Assembly: GCF_006345805.1 (NCBI RefSeq)
Contig: NC_043008.1
Coordinates: forward strand, 41,850,001-41,914,000
Direction of reading: 5' to 3'
Length of the DNA: 64,000 nucleotides
Source: Octopus sinensis
Taxonomy: Eukaryota
The position numbers and the translations under genes were made by a program. Under the pieces are notes generated by a model. The model saw only the letters and a program-made list of their open reading frames with translations, was not told the DNA's origin and made no database searches. Position 1 is the stretch's first letter. Each line of letters opens with the position of its first letter. This document shows, piece by piece, positions 40,081-54,351 of this stretch.

Positions 40081-40140
<60 letters not shown>

Positions 40141-40246
40141 CGTAAATTTATACATATACATATATATATATAAACATATATGTGTGTGTGGGTGGATAAT
40201 AATAATACAAACAATATCAACAGCAGCAATGATAATAATAATAATA

Positions 40247-40365
<119 letters not shown>

Positions 40366-40931
40366 GTAACAGTAAAAAAAAATAATTCGAAGAAAGTAAG
40401 GAGAAGGAATGATTGGTGAAAAAAAAGGAAAATGTTATAAAAAATCCAAGGAAAATAGAGAAAAAAAACAACACAGAATATAGAAAGGCGAGTGATAAGC
40501 TAAAACAAAATCTGTAAGATAGGAACGATGATATAAGAGTCGAGATTTATTGGAATTTCTTCAAGAGGAAATTAAGTCGAAATTTCTTTGAAATATAGCA
40601 CATAAATGGCTGAGAGGCAAGAATCGACAGCTGAAAAGGAAAGGGGAAAAAGAGATGAATTATTTTGAATAAATTTCTATCCTATCGCTTCTGTTTAAGA
40701 GGCATAGAGAGGAAAGGAAGGGAAAAAAAAACTTACGGTGAGTAGAGGACATAGCCAAAAGTAGATTTGATAAAAATTAATATAAAAGCAAAAAAAAATA
40801 AGCAGATATAACGGAGTATAAGTACATAACAAACACTTATTCATTTGAATTATGTTTTCTTTATGATATATATATTATATATATATATATATAATATATA
40901 TATAATATATATTTGATATATATATATATAT

Positions 40932-41024
<93 letters not shown>

Positions 41025-41124
41025 TATATATATATGTATAAACATATATATACATATATGTATGTATAAAAACACATTTACCTATATATAAACATACAAA
41101 TAGTATGCATATATATGTATGCAT

Positions 41125-41163
<39 letters not shown>

Positions 41164-41646
41164 TATATATATACCTATATATATAAACATACAAATAGTA
41201 TGTATATATACATATATATATATTTATGTTTGTATATATATATATATATATATGAAGATGTTATAAGTATGTGAATATATATGTATGTATATATTTTTTA
41301 TATGTATACTTATATACATATATATGTATATTTATATACAAGCCTGGGTGTGTCTTTTTTTAATATTGATATACGTATATGTGTGTAAGTTAGCTCGTGT
41401 TTGTGGCGTGCTTGTGCATGTGTGTGTGCATGCATGCATGCACGCGTGCACGTGCGGACATATGCATGCTTGTGCCAGTGTGTCTGTGTGTGTATTTGGT
41501 TAAATGTTATATAAATACCGCTAGGCAAAGGCAGAAAGCTTGTCGGAGATATTTATTTAATATGTCGTCCGCTGGTCTAAGAGAAACCCACATAAAATAG
41601 CTTTCTTTCAAGAGAATGTATTATTTTTACTTAGATATTAAACTGC

Positions 41647-41713
<67 letters not shown>

Positions 41714-42437
41714 TCGGAAAATAACAATATTTGCAACAAATAAATTTATTATATAAACAATTTTTTTTTTTTTTTTTGGCCTTTAAAAATGTTAAACAGA
41801 ATGCTGTGTTAAGATTTCGGGGAAAAGAAAGAATCGAAGGAAACTGATGATATAGAATACACAGATCTAACTATTTTCCTTGTCACTATATTCAGTTATA
41901 CTACGCTATCACTGCAACATACTAACATGTTCTGTGAAGAATGGTTTTGTTTATTATTATTGTTTTTTTTTTGCTTCTTTTTTTTTGTGCAGAGAAATGT
42001 AAATTTATCTGTAGAAAAATCTTCATTCAAATCCTTTTGAATTATCTGATTGATGGCTTCAGTTTTTGTTTGTTTGTTTTTTTTTGCTCCTATGGTTTTG
42101 TTTAAGAGGATTTTCCGTTTTGGTATTTATTTTTTCTTCATTAAATATATTTGGCGATGTTTTCACTGCATGATAATATCCCTATGGATGTGATGCATAT
42201 GTATGTGTATGTGTGTGTGTGTGTGTGTGTGAAGATGTGTATCTATGTATTTTGTATGTGCACGTTTGCAAGATTCTTGTGACCATTTTTATATGATCTA
42301 AGTAAACGAAACGGCTTTAAAAATTCAATTGAAATATTTTGTTATAATTATCACTGTATTAACGTTAATTCAGCCTTTGTTTAACATTAAATCAATGAAT
42401 CATTATTATTGTTATCGTTATTATTATTATTATTATA

Positions 42438-42515
<78 letters not shown>

Positions 42516-42597
42516 TTTATTTTTATTATTATTATTATTATTATTATCATTATTTTTATTTTTATTATTATTATTATTTTTATTATTATTATTATTA

Positions 42598-42668
<71 letters not shown>

Positions 42669-43257
42669 TCAAATATTTGAATAACAAAATCACTCACTTG
42701 GATGCGGATTCTTTAATGAAATGAATGATGAGTTGATTTGATTTGATTTTTTTGACAAAGAAGCCAGACTTTTGAATTCATTACTGAAGTGTCTTTCATA
42801 CCTTTTCTGTAGATATCAGAAATATAAAGAAATCCGATTTCCACTGAGGTTTATGTTTTCGAGTGAATCTATAAGTAAATCTATAATTAAAAGAATAAAT
42901 AGTTGAATGTGTTACAAAGTAGAATGGGATCAAATCAACCAGATGGAACTTATAGGTTTTACAATCATGGGAGCACGATTTCAACCTGGACGGCTCTCAT
43001 TTTCCTTCTTTCAGTACAAGAATCGCCTAAGGATTATAAACTACATTATGGTCTTAAAGAAATTCTCTGTGTGTGTGTATGTGTGTACGTGTGTCGGAGG
43101 ATTTACTCTATAGACAATCTTTTGCTCATCGGTTTGTTCTGATTGTGTAGCGCCGCCAAAAGACCACATAAAAATGGCTTATATATATGTTCTTATTGTT
43201 TGCGTATTTAACTCCTTTGTTTTCGTATTTCATGGTATTTACACAGTTGGGGACATA

Positions 43258-43300
<43 letters not shown>

Positions 43301-43315
43301 ATTATATATTATTAT

Positions 43316-43869
43316 TGAGTGAGAGAGCAGTTCATGCCATCAAAGTGACACTGGGGTAAAATATACGAAGCCCAATATACCCATCATGACTACCCGTCTG
43401 ATAAAGGTACACCAGGCACATGCATCACAACCATATGTGTGCAACATGGTGATCTCATATCAAGATAAACAGCACATGACCTTGCAGGTGGGGCCCAGTT
43501 AGAATTTTCTTCAGGTTGAGTAGCCCATCCTGCTCAAAAGGTCCCTGAATAAGGTTGCTTTAGGATGTTGAACGAAACACCTATGTTTCCAGAGGTGAAT
43601 TATTCAAACCCAAAGAATCCCTCTCAACACATGGCCATGATGCTCCCCCACTACTTCTGCTCGTGATCAGAGATGCACATATCGTCAGCCACTAAGGGAC
43701 ATGCTCAACTGGCTAAGGCCAAACAACTGACAAGCAAATCTGTGGTATTGAGCAGAATATTTGCTGTAGCCCATCTTTTATACCAAGACAAAACAATGTA
43801 CATGATAACACTTCCAATCAGTTAAGATCAGAAGCCATGAGAGCCACTGCCTGGTACTGCATCAGGGCA
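43316..43869 (+). mobile_element. 555-bp family D, copy 3
   Basis: Same termini as copy 1; in (ATT)n. Confidence 0.9.
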
Positions 43870-43949
<80 letters not shown>

Positions 43950-45929
43950 TATTATTATATATGAGCTGTACATAATTAGATGGGAAAGCAGAATAACGAA
44001 AGCAAAGAGAGCAATTGAATCCTTACGCCTCACAAAAGAAAAAACATTGACGAATTCTATTATTTTTCCATATGGGGCATACTAGAATGATCAAGCGACA
44101 TGGATACTGTCTGAAATGAAACCATACAAAAATTAAAAACCTGTCACTGCAAGATATCTTAACTGCAGTTATACCTCCCCTTTAAAATAAGTCTTGAGAT
44201 TAGAAAACCATAAATGAGGAGTAGAATATTTTAAATTATTCTATAATAATTTCTAAAACAGGCATATGACACAATGTTTTTGTGGGAGCAAGCGGTTATA
44301 TTAGTTCCAGCATTTGATTGATGCTTGTCCCACCGATATTGAGAGGATTAAAGGTAAAATTGCTTTATGAACTCAACGCATAGCGACCTAATCATATACC
44401 GCAAGGTAATTTGCTTGGCACTCTACCGAATGCATAGTTAATTATGAAACTCTGCTGTGAACAGAAGAACAAATAATAAAATTACTATGAGCCAGTTTCG
44501 ATTTTTCTTTGAAGCTAAATCGTTTCGTTTACATCATTAGTATAACAAACAAAAGCCTGTGTCAAGTAGAATCTCATTGCATTCAGCTTTCTAGACGCTT
44601 CTATACATGTTTCAGTGAAGTCGTGCTTACTTTACTAATCCAAGGTAACTTAGGTAACAACGCTGTTACCCCGGAGAAGTGTCACAATATCATATTATGC
44701 ATGCTATTTATTTACCCTTTCAAAATATAAAAGTTTAACATATGGACAAAATTAATTTCCCAATTATTAATTGTGACGAAAATTCTCATCAAACTGACCA
44801 GATTATCATCAAATATCCCTTCGCTACTCGAGAAAAAAAACTGCCTTCGTCACACTAGATTTAACGACAGATGACAGAAATCATTTGTGCAATTTCGGTG
44901 GATAAATACTTAATGGAAACAATATTGAGAATGCAATGTTGTAACTAGATACTTTATGAGAAGTACGGTTACAAACCTTTCCTATAAGTGAAATCAAAAA
45001 CCAACGATTATATGAGGAAATTTTAGCATTACTTCTGCAGTTCAACAAAACTAATAATATTATATATTCCCCCACAATACGCTTACAAACAGGGGGATAG
45101 CATATCCTGAAAACTATTATCATTCTGTGATGAATTATTCACGGGAAAAGCTAAGTTATGTTCTGTAGGAAAATGTCGTCTAACAAATCATGAATATCTC
45201 TTGCAAAGGAACAATGCAGATTAAATATCCATCGCTGAAACTACAGTTTATGAAGGGAAAATATACATTACATAAACGACATTTGTTACTTGAGCTGTGT
45301 TAAGTATTCAATGAAATATTATTTCTTTTCGAGCTTTCTAGCTACTTCCACGTGATCGTACTTCTCTCTATTATTGCTGTCGCTCATTCTTCCTCAGGTT
45401 TCATTATTCTTCCTTTATCGCTAATTTTCTTATACTCCTTCCCTTCTTGTTCTTCCAGCATTCACAGTATTATTGTTTGGTTTGTTTGATTTTTTTCTTG
45501 CTTTTTGTTATTGTTCTACTATTTACCTTTACTTTACATCTGGAAAACAAATCTGTATAGAACGAGCAAATGCAATATTTATCACACTTTTCACATGAAA
45601 CAACTTCACAACCCAGGCAATCCGATTTTTGATTTTGTATTATCGGAATACATGTCTCCTGTAACCGGGCATGAACAACACTTCTAAAACAGAATGGAAA
45701 ATACTCGAATTCGTTTCCAGAGGCCAAACAGGCAATTTGAAGAAGAACAGATGCTGTTACCGCCTTGTGTCTATCATTTTCAAAATATTGGAGAGGATGT
45801 CACTCTATAAAATATTGTATTCTTTCATGTGTGTTGTATTTTGCTTTGTTGTTTTGTCTTTTTTTTTTGTACAGTAGGCTATAGAATATTTGTTTTTACC
45901 GAGAAGGAACAAACTACAGATAAATAGAG

Positions 45930-45960
<31 letters not shown>

Positions 45961-45966
45961 TAGATT

Positions 45967-46062
<96 letters not shown>

Positions 46063-46164
46063 TAGATACAAATTGACATGGTTTTTATTCTTACTATTAT
46101 CCATCATCAGAAATGTTATACTTGAGTTACATTTAGCTGTCTATAATACACTAGATAAACACAC

Positions 46165-46227
<63 letters not shown>

Positions 46228-46597
46228 TTTGGTAGAACCAACAGGATAAACGTGATTTTAAATGTGTTTATACACTTTTATTGCATTTAATCAGCAGAAG
46301 TTACAGAGTGACTTAAGAGCTGAGAGTTTTGCGTACGCCCATTATCAAGTTTGATAAATGTCGTATACGAATCACCCAACCCTTAACGTATTTTGTCACT
46401 TTTGCCGATTAAAAGTAATACATCAAAAATAATATGGCGATTAAAAATAATAATAATGTGCATACAAGCATACACACATTCACATATCATAGATATAATC
46501 ATTATGTTCCGATGATCTGATGAGTTAGCCTCCTATATTTGCATTAGTTTGTGAATATATACTTGTATAAGTATACTTGTGAATATATACTTGCATA

Positions 46598-46768
46598 GGC
46601 GCAGGAGTGGCTGTGTGGTAAGTAGCTTGTTTACCAGCCACATGGTTCCGGGTTCAGTACCACTGCGTGGCACCTTGGGCAAGTGTCTTCTACTATAGCC
46701 TCGGGCCGACCAAAGCCTTGTGAGTGGATTTGGTAGACGGAAACTGAAAGAAGCCCGTCGTATATATG

Positions 46769-46804
<36 letters not shown>

Positions 46805-47020
46805 ATCGTGTGTCTGTGTTTGTCCCCCTAGCATTGCTCGACAACCGATGCTGGTGTGTTTGTGTCCCCGTTACTTAGCGGCTCGGCAAAAGAGACCGAT
46901 AGAATAAGTACTGGGCTTACAAAAGAATAAGTCCTGGGGTCGAGTTGCTCGATTAAAGGCGGTGCTCCAGCATGGCCGCAGTCAAGTGACTGAAACAAGT
47001 AAAAGAGAGAGTAAAAGAGT
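46598..47020 (+). mobile_element. SINE family A, full-length
   Basis: TGGCTGTGTGG A box, GGTTCAGTACC B box, CCTTGGGCAAGT, internal (TA)(GT)n, and GTAAAAGA tail repeats. Confidence 0.9.
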
Positions 47021-47243
47021 AATAATATTGAGTATACATATTGATGCAAACATGTACATATAATTTTTGCATATTTTAAGTAATACTACATGAATATGGT
47101 TTTGAAACAGCTGTAATCATATCCTATGACAGTTAGATGGAAATATCTCACATGTTTTTTGACTTCATATGTGTGTGTATGTGTGTGCTATATGTATGTG
47201 TATATACATATATATATATATGTATGAAATGTATTTATGCATG

Positions 47244-47413
47244 TACTGTATTTTAACCTATATAAGAAACCGTTTTTTTCTTTTTGTCAAAAACTAGGTT
47301 TAAAAAATGGGAGTTTCTTATACATAGATAGTATTATAAAGTCTTACAAAGCCTTTTTTCCACATTTTAAGCCCCCAAATTTGGGGGTTCCTTATACACG
47401 CTAAAATACAGTA
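47244..47413. mobile_element. Tc1/mariner-superfamily (Tc2-like) MITE
   Basis: TA-CTGTATTTTAACCTATATAAG / CTTATACACGCTAAAATACAG-TA TIRs. Confidence 0.8.
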
Positions 47414-47545
47414 TGTATGTGTGTGTATATATATTTATATATATATATATGTATATATATATACACATATATATATAATTATATATATGCATGTATGTAT
47501 GCATGTATGTATTTATGTATGTATGTATGTATGTATGTATGTATG

Positions 47546-47576
<31 letters not shown>

Positions 47577-47900
47577 GTATGTATGTATGTATGTATGTAT
47601 GTAGGTAGGTAGGTAGGTATGTATGTGTATGCTTGTATCTATCCATGTATGTATATATGTATCTGAATAAGAGTAGAGAAAAATGCGCCTTACTCAGCCA
47701 AATCCTAATTTTTGAGGCCATAAAAGAGATACTACATTGAAAGAAACACAGACAGGATGTATTGCGGCAATTAACTATGGTCTTTTAAATCCTAGCTTCA
47801 ACTCACTTTGTATACAAAGTTTTTTCATTGTATGCTAATATGCAGAGATGGCAAGAAGTAGGCACACAGTTGCTTAATATGACTGCAATATTAAGCAACT

Positions 47901-48283
47901 AGTGGAGGCGCAATGGCCCAGTGGTTAGGTCAGCTGACTCGCGGTCATAGGATCGCGGTTTCGATCCCAGACCGGAGGTTGTGAGTGTTTATTGAGCGAA
48001 AACACCTAAAGCTCCATGAGGCTCCGGCAGGGATGGTGGTGATCCCTGCTGTACTCTTTCACCACAACTTTCTCTCACTCTTACTTCCTGTTTCTGTTGT
48101 ACCTGTACATCAAAGGGCCGGCCTTGTCACTCTCTGTGTCACGCTGAATATCCCCGAGAACTACGTTAAGGGTACACGTGTCTGTGGAGTGCTCAGCCAC
48201 TTACACGTTAATTTCACGAGCAGGCTGTTCCGTTGATTCGGATCAACCAGAACCCTCATCGTCGTAACCGATGGTGTGCTTCC
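47901..48283 (+). mobile_element. tRNA-derived SINE (head 1 + tail 1) with TSD
   Basis: A box 47914-47924, B box 47957-47967; TSD ATTAAGCAACT (47890-47900 and 48284-48294). Confidence 0.92.
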
Positions 48284-49209
48284 ATTAAGCAACTGAGCTG
48301 AATCGTTTTTAGTATAAGAGATGAAAAGAATATTCCACGTATGTTGGTCTCGCATATGAGTGGAATATTGTTTTCATTTCTAAAAAAGAAATAGCGAAAT
48401 GAAAGAACATTCCACTCATATTAAGCAATTGTATTCTTACTTTTACCCACTTCCGTATATCTATCACATCTTAAATATTCCTCTCACCTTTTAATCCCTT
48501 ACATCCATATTTTCTTCACTCACATATTATGATTACACACAAACACTAGCACCTCACATGCCCACTAACATGAGCCCCTATACTGCACATGGACAATCGA
48601 CACACAGAACCTGATTCCAACCAAGAGTACACTCCCATTCTTGCACATACACACCCGCCTTCTTCCATTCTTATTCCACTCCATAGCACTGCACTGCGCT
48701 TGGTTCCTAACCTGTCGTCCATTTTTTTTTCTTCGTTCGCTGACTTTCTCCGCTCCCGCTATGTTTTTATCACTTTTCATTATGAAGGTCTAACTTCCGA
48801 AATATTTTGGTTCTTTATCTTCATATCAAAGACTTAAGCTAATACCGTATTTTATTAAAACCCTCTTTCTCCTGTACGAGCCTTTTTATTCTTCATTGCA
48901 TTTACACCGTAAAACTTAATAGTTAACACTGGTGTCTATCCAAATCAGAAAGCTACAATAAATATTGCCGCCATTGAATATTAGAAACCCACGCTTCTTG
49001 GTTATTCATATTAGTTGAATAATTGAAAATATAGAATGCTCTGACATCTCTTTTTCATGAATTTAGGTTCTTTCTGTATATATTTCACTTTGCATGACGC
49101 TGATGTCTGTTTTATGACTCAGCCATGCATGTTTAATGTAATAAAAACGTAAAAGATTTGCTCGACCCTGTCTCATAAAAGTAGTAATTATTCTACAACA
49201 ATACGTGAA

Positions 49210-50240
49210 ATTGTCAATGCGCTTTAATTAAAAATGTTGCTCTCGTTGACATTTTGCTTCTTAATGCGATTGTTTAATTGTCGACACAAATTTATTACCA
49301 TTGTAATGATATAGAACATGTGATGCAGTAGTCAATGCTTTATGACTGTAATGGATTTGATTGTCAATTCATTCCTGTTGACAAGATGTTATGATTGTCA
49401 ATCGTATTCATTACCCGTTTGAAACAGCCAACATGTTACGCTTAACGAAGTAATCTCATTGCCGATATTATTGATTGTCAAATATTCTTAATACCAGTGT
49501 GTGTTTTTATGGAAATTTAACTGCTAATACGTTTCGTTGCCAATGATTCTGAATATTTATCGTATTTAATTGCTAGAGCAACATTATTGTTAATCTCCTT
49601 TGGGCCACAGCGTTTTCAAAGCCAATGTGGTGAGATCGCCAGGTGTCAGAGTTGCAATCGTGTCATCATCGTTTATAGTATTTAATGCTAAATGCATTTT
49701 GATTCTCAATACAATATGGTTGCCAATATGATTTTTATTACCAATGTGTTTCATTGTAAAAATATACGTCGAAGCCTAATGTGTTTTGATTACCAATCAA
49801 TTCTAATTCCTAAGAAGTTCTTTATTCCCAACGTATTTTGCTTGCAAATGCTCTTTGAGAATATATTTCGATTGGCAACGCGTTTTGATTGCTAATTTAA
49901 AATGATTGACAAACCGCTTTCCATCGATAACAATGTGTCTTTGTATAAATGCTTTAATTGCCAGCGGACTTTGTGCGTATGCCTCTGATAAACTGCTCCA
50001 TAGTTTGATTAGTATTTTTTTTTGCATTATTTACTTTATTTATTTTTGCCATTGAGTTTTTACTGCTAATATTCATTTGTTTCTTAATTCCCCAGTGTGT
50101 TTTCGTTGCAAATGTATCTTTATTACATGTTTTAATTTGACATTATGACGAGTGTAATTAATATTTTTTATAGTTTTCCATTTTACTTTGTACAATTATA
50201 GGGAATAGTTCGATCTCAATCATGTTTTAATTGGCATGCA
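49210..50240. repeat. Cryptic degenerate minisatellite, ~17-bp period, consensus about ATTGCCAATGYRTTTTG
   Basis: Unit starts at 49789, 49806, 49824, 49841 and at 49871, 49888, 49905. Confidence 0.7.
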
Positions 50241-50869
50241 GTTCTTAAGTCATTTGCATAACAGTATATGTGGGGGTTCGTGTGAATGTGTGAATGTGTA
50301 GTGGTGCGAGCGCATGTGCGGGGAGGGGGCGAGCGCATGTGTATGTAATGTGTGTGACACACAGACACACAGTTACACAATAAACTACCCAATACATCGA
50401 GATCTATTCAAACCTTACGATTTCCCCAATGGGTGATGATTACTGTCAACGGAAAACTTGCAAGGTTCGAAACATTGGCATCACCATACATTATATACAA
50501 ATACACACGCACACACGCACACATGCATACATACATACATACGTACATACATTCATACATACATACATACATACATACATACATACATACATACATACAT
50601 ACACACATACATACACATATACGTATAACATGCATATATGCTCATGTATGTGCATATAGATAGATTGATATTATCATGGGTGTGCTTGCATATACACATG
50701 TGTATGTATTTATTTATGTATGGTTGAATATATACATATAGCGAAGAAATGAGAGGGAGTCAAAATTAACATATTTCATTCCACTAGAGTAGTGGTTCCC
50801 AATTTGCGGTCCACGTATCCCTGGTGGTCTGCGAAGGTAGTAATGGGGCTCCGTGAACTAAATTCAAAT

Positions 50870-50970
<101 letters not shown>

Positions 50971-50979
50971 ATAAATAAC

Positions 50980-51211
50980 TGCGCCCTTTTAAAGCCTTGC
51001 CAGGCTCATGGGCCCGGTTTCCCGTTTCAATGGCGTATATGTTCCCCAGCTGGACGGGACGCCAGACAATCGCAGCGTTACTCAATTTAGCCAGCTGAGT
51101 GGACTGGAGCAACGTGAAAGGAAGTGTTTTGCTCAAGAACACAACGCATCGCTCGGTCCAGGAATCGAAATCACAATCCTACGACCATGATGCTGACACC
51201 CTATCCACTAA

Positions 51212-51213
<2 letters not shown>
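50980..51213 (-). mobile_element. SINE head 2 + tail 2, nested in the hAT MITE
   Basis: Matches 23802-24038. Confidence 0.85.
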
Positions 51214-51262
<49 letters not shown>

Positions 51263-51263
<1 letters not shown>

Positions 51264-51491
51264 TTCTTTATTACCCACAAGGGGCTAAACACAGAGAGGA
51301 CAAACAAGGACAGACAAACAATTAAGTCGATTAAATCGACCCCAGTGCGTAACTGGTACTTGATTTATCGACCCCGAAGGGATGAAAGGCAAAGTCGACC
51401 TCGGCGGAATTTGAACTCAGAACGTAACGGCAGACGAAATACGGCTACGCATTTCGCCCAGCGTGCTAACGTTTCTGCCAGCTCGCCGCCT
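51263..51491 (-). mobile_element. SINE family B, nested in the hAT MITE
   Basis: Full head and long tail present. Confidence 0.9.
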
Positions 51492-52313
51492 TATATATAT
51501 ATATATACCTAAGGATAAGCATGTTAAAAGGGGTCCGTGGGAAGATTCATTTAAATAAAAAGGGTCCTTGGTACTTAAAAGTTTGAGAACTACTGCACTA
51601 GAGCACAAGCGTATCTAATTTCTTCATTTTTATTGATCAAAAGGCTCCTTCGACGAGAAAGTGATGCTCAGGGAGAGATGAAGGAGAAGCAGCAGAGATT
51701 GACTTACTTTGCAAATGGGAAATTTGGGCAGAAAAGGATAATCTATACAATCAGTCATTGAAACTAATTCAACTAACCTTGGACATGACCATAGTTTTAT
51801 ATAAATATACTGTTGTGTTTGTGTGTATTTCTGTGCATCATTATATGTGTGCGCTCTCGACTATGTGAATATCACACCGAAGATTTCATTTGAATGTTTG
51901 GAAGAGAGTAGAATTGGCTTAAAGGTCCTAAATACCTGAAACCGATGTTAAATTCGGTGATAATTTAGCCATTGATAACTATGTGTTATAAGCTATATAA
52001 TTTTTTACCCAGCCAATGATTTGTATAATAGGGTTAAATGTCATACGTTTGTGAATAGGCGTACTTGATTATTGGATCAGTCGCATACCTTGGAGTTGAT
52101 TCTATCGACCAAGGAAGATTGTATGTTAAACTAATTTTGCTGGTTATGAATACACGAAGTACTGGGTACAATCGTAGGGGACAACGTATCTTTACACAAC
52201 AATCTACGATTTGTGATACTCCAAATCCCTAAGGATTCATAATAGCAAAGAAAATTATTTTGTTATATAGCAAGAGTTTTATGAAAACTGCTTTCTTCGC
52301 TCTCAATTTGAAA

Positions 52314-52740
52314 TATTATCACTAAGGATTTTCTAAACTGGATTCAGAAACATTTTCCGACAGGTCACAGATATTCCAAAGGGTTTTAGCGGAAAGATTT
52401 AAAGGTAAGATATAATTATATGATAAATATGGACGGTTTCATCGCAGTGAGTAAGCATCCCAAGTCACATAATAAGCTTAAGCACTGGAAAAAATTGCAT
52501 AGACATTTATCATCCAAATACAAACCATGGAATAGGCAAATAGGAATTCCATTAGCTTAAACTGGAGAGGATATAACTAAATTTGTCAAAAATGACATTT
52601 ATGTCCTTTTGGCAAGTCATGGAGAATTGTATCTCTAACACTCAGAATTATATTCCCAGCTCCATGAGACATACTGCCGCCTGAATCATATATCGGATTG
52701 AGCAGGTGAGTTTCAAGAGCTACCTCTTAAACTTAAGTCT
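52314..52740 (+). pseudogene. Decayed Penelope RT-linker / GIY-YIG fragment
   Basis: KDFLNWIQKHFPTGHRYSK (KHFP linker motif) and downstream SYIGLS. Confidence 0.6.
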
Positions 52741-53025
52741 AATTTTAGTTATGTAAGCGAGAGAATTACTATAGTTTTAAGAAGCATAATGTATATAAAG
52801 TGCCGTCAAACCGAAATTTCGTCCGGTCTGTATTGAACTTCATAGGTAAGTACATCACTTATGCAAATTTTGGAGCTATTGCAATCATGATATGTATTAC
52901 AGCCAAAAGAAAAAGATTTACACCTTGAATAGAAAGTCAGAGCTAATTACTTAATGTTGCTAATAAACCAAACACTACCTGCTAATCAGAGGAGAATTAT
53001 GTATGCATACATGTATGAGGCTATA

Positions 53026-54311
53026 TATCAAGTCATTCCATAAGTTCTATCCGAATTTTGAATAAAGAAAACAAGTGATCAAACGTTTTATTTAATTGAA
53101 ATTTAATCATCAATGTACTTTCCCTGATTATCTGTGACTTCCTTCCATCTATTTACAAGCTTTTTAATTCCATTAATGTAGAACTCTTTTGGTTTCAAAG
53201 CGAAGAACTCTGAAATGTCAGTTTCAACCTCCTCCTGGCTTGATAAAGTTATGTCCCCCAAATGATTCTGTAAACTACAAAACAAATGATAGTCTGAAGG
53301 AGCAAGATCAGGAGAATAAGGTGGATGAGGAATTTTTTCCCAACCAAGCTCTTCGATCTTCTGTGATGTGATCTTTGCAGTGGGGGGTCGCGCATTGTCC
53401 TGATGAAACATCACTCCATTTCGATTCACTAAAGCGTGTATTTTTTATTTCAAAGCTTAGTTCAAATGCTCTAATTGCTGACAATAGACTTGAGCACTGA
53501 TTGTTGCATTAAGTGGTAACAATTCAAAGTGAATTACTCCTTTGCAATCCCACAAGATAGAGAGAAGAATCTTTTTTCTCATGAAGTTCCCTTCTCGGTT
53601 GTGGTTGAGCTTTTTCCCTTTTACCAAGCCACAGTTTACGACGTTTAACATTTCGATAGAAGATCCATTTTTCGTCACCAGTCACCAGTCAAAAAGGGTG
53701 AAATGAGTTCTCGAGAATGGAGAGAAGAGCAGATGTCAACACGGGATTTGCAGTTGCTTTCGGACAATTCATGAGGCACCCATTTTCCAAGTTTAGGAAG
53801 CTTTCCAAGTTGTTGAAGATGACGATGAACAGTTGTATGGTTTTAACTAAGTTTTATGGCCAATTCTTCGACTGATAACGCATGATTTTCTTCAAATAAT
53901 GCCTCAAGGAGCTTATAATCAAAATCAACTAGACGTCCTGTTCGATCTTCATCTTCAAGGCTGAAATCTCCACTTCTGAATTTTGCAAACCATCTTCTGC
54001 AAGTTCTTTCATTCAAGCATTCTTTACTTAAACAAAGTGTATGTTTCGAGTCGCTTCGGCTGCAGAGTTTCTTTTTTGTATTCATAAGCATTGTGTGCCT
54101 GAAATGTTCTTTGGATACTTCCATGTTTGAAAGGGTTTTAATCAAAGAAATTTTAATTTTATTATTCTGTAAAATAATATTTAATTAGCTTAAATGTACA
54201 CAAATACATAAAAATATTTTTTAATTCCGTTAGACATTCTAAAATACTATTAAATTTCATTCAATTTAAAAAAAGGTGAATTCGGACATAACTTATGGGA
54301 TGACCATTTAT
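53026..54311 (-). mobile_element. Near full-length mariner (DD34D) with disabled transposase
   Basis: TIRs GTCATTCCATAAGTTCTATCCGAATT / AATTCGGACATAACTTATGGGATGAC; RRWFAKF, WVPHEL, TGDEKW, HQDNARP and YSPDLAPSD motifs split over three ORFs. Confidence 0.93.
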
Positions 54312-54351
54312 ATGTCTGTCTGTGTGTGTGTGTGTGTGGTGTGTGTATGTG

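Noticed and set aside
48776-48810. Possible HHR relic TTATGAAGG...CCGAAATATT after a pyrimidine-rich tract
   Set aside because: Core not intact and stems too short to call.
49210-50240. CRISPR-like repeat/spacer array
   Set aside because: Eukaryotic context, units too short and degenerate, and no cas genes.
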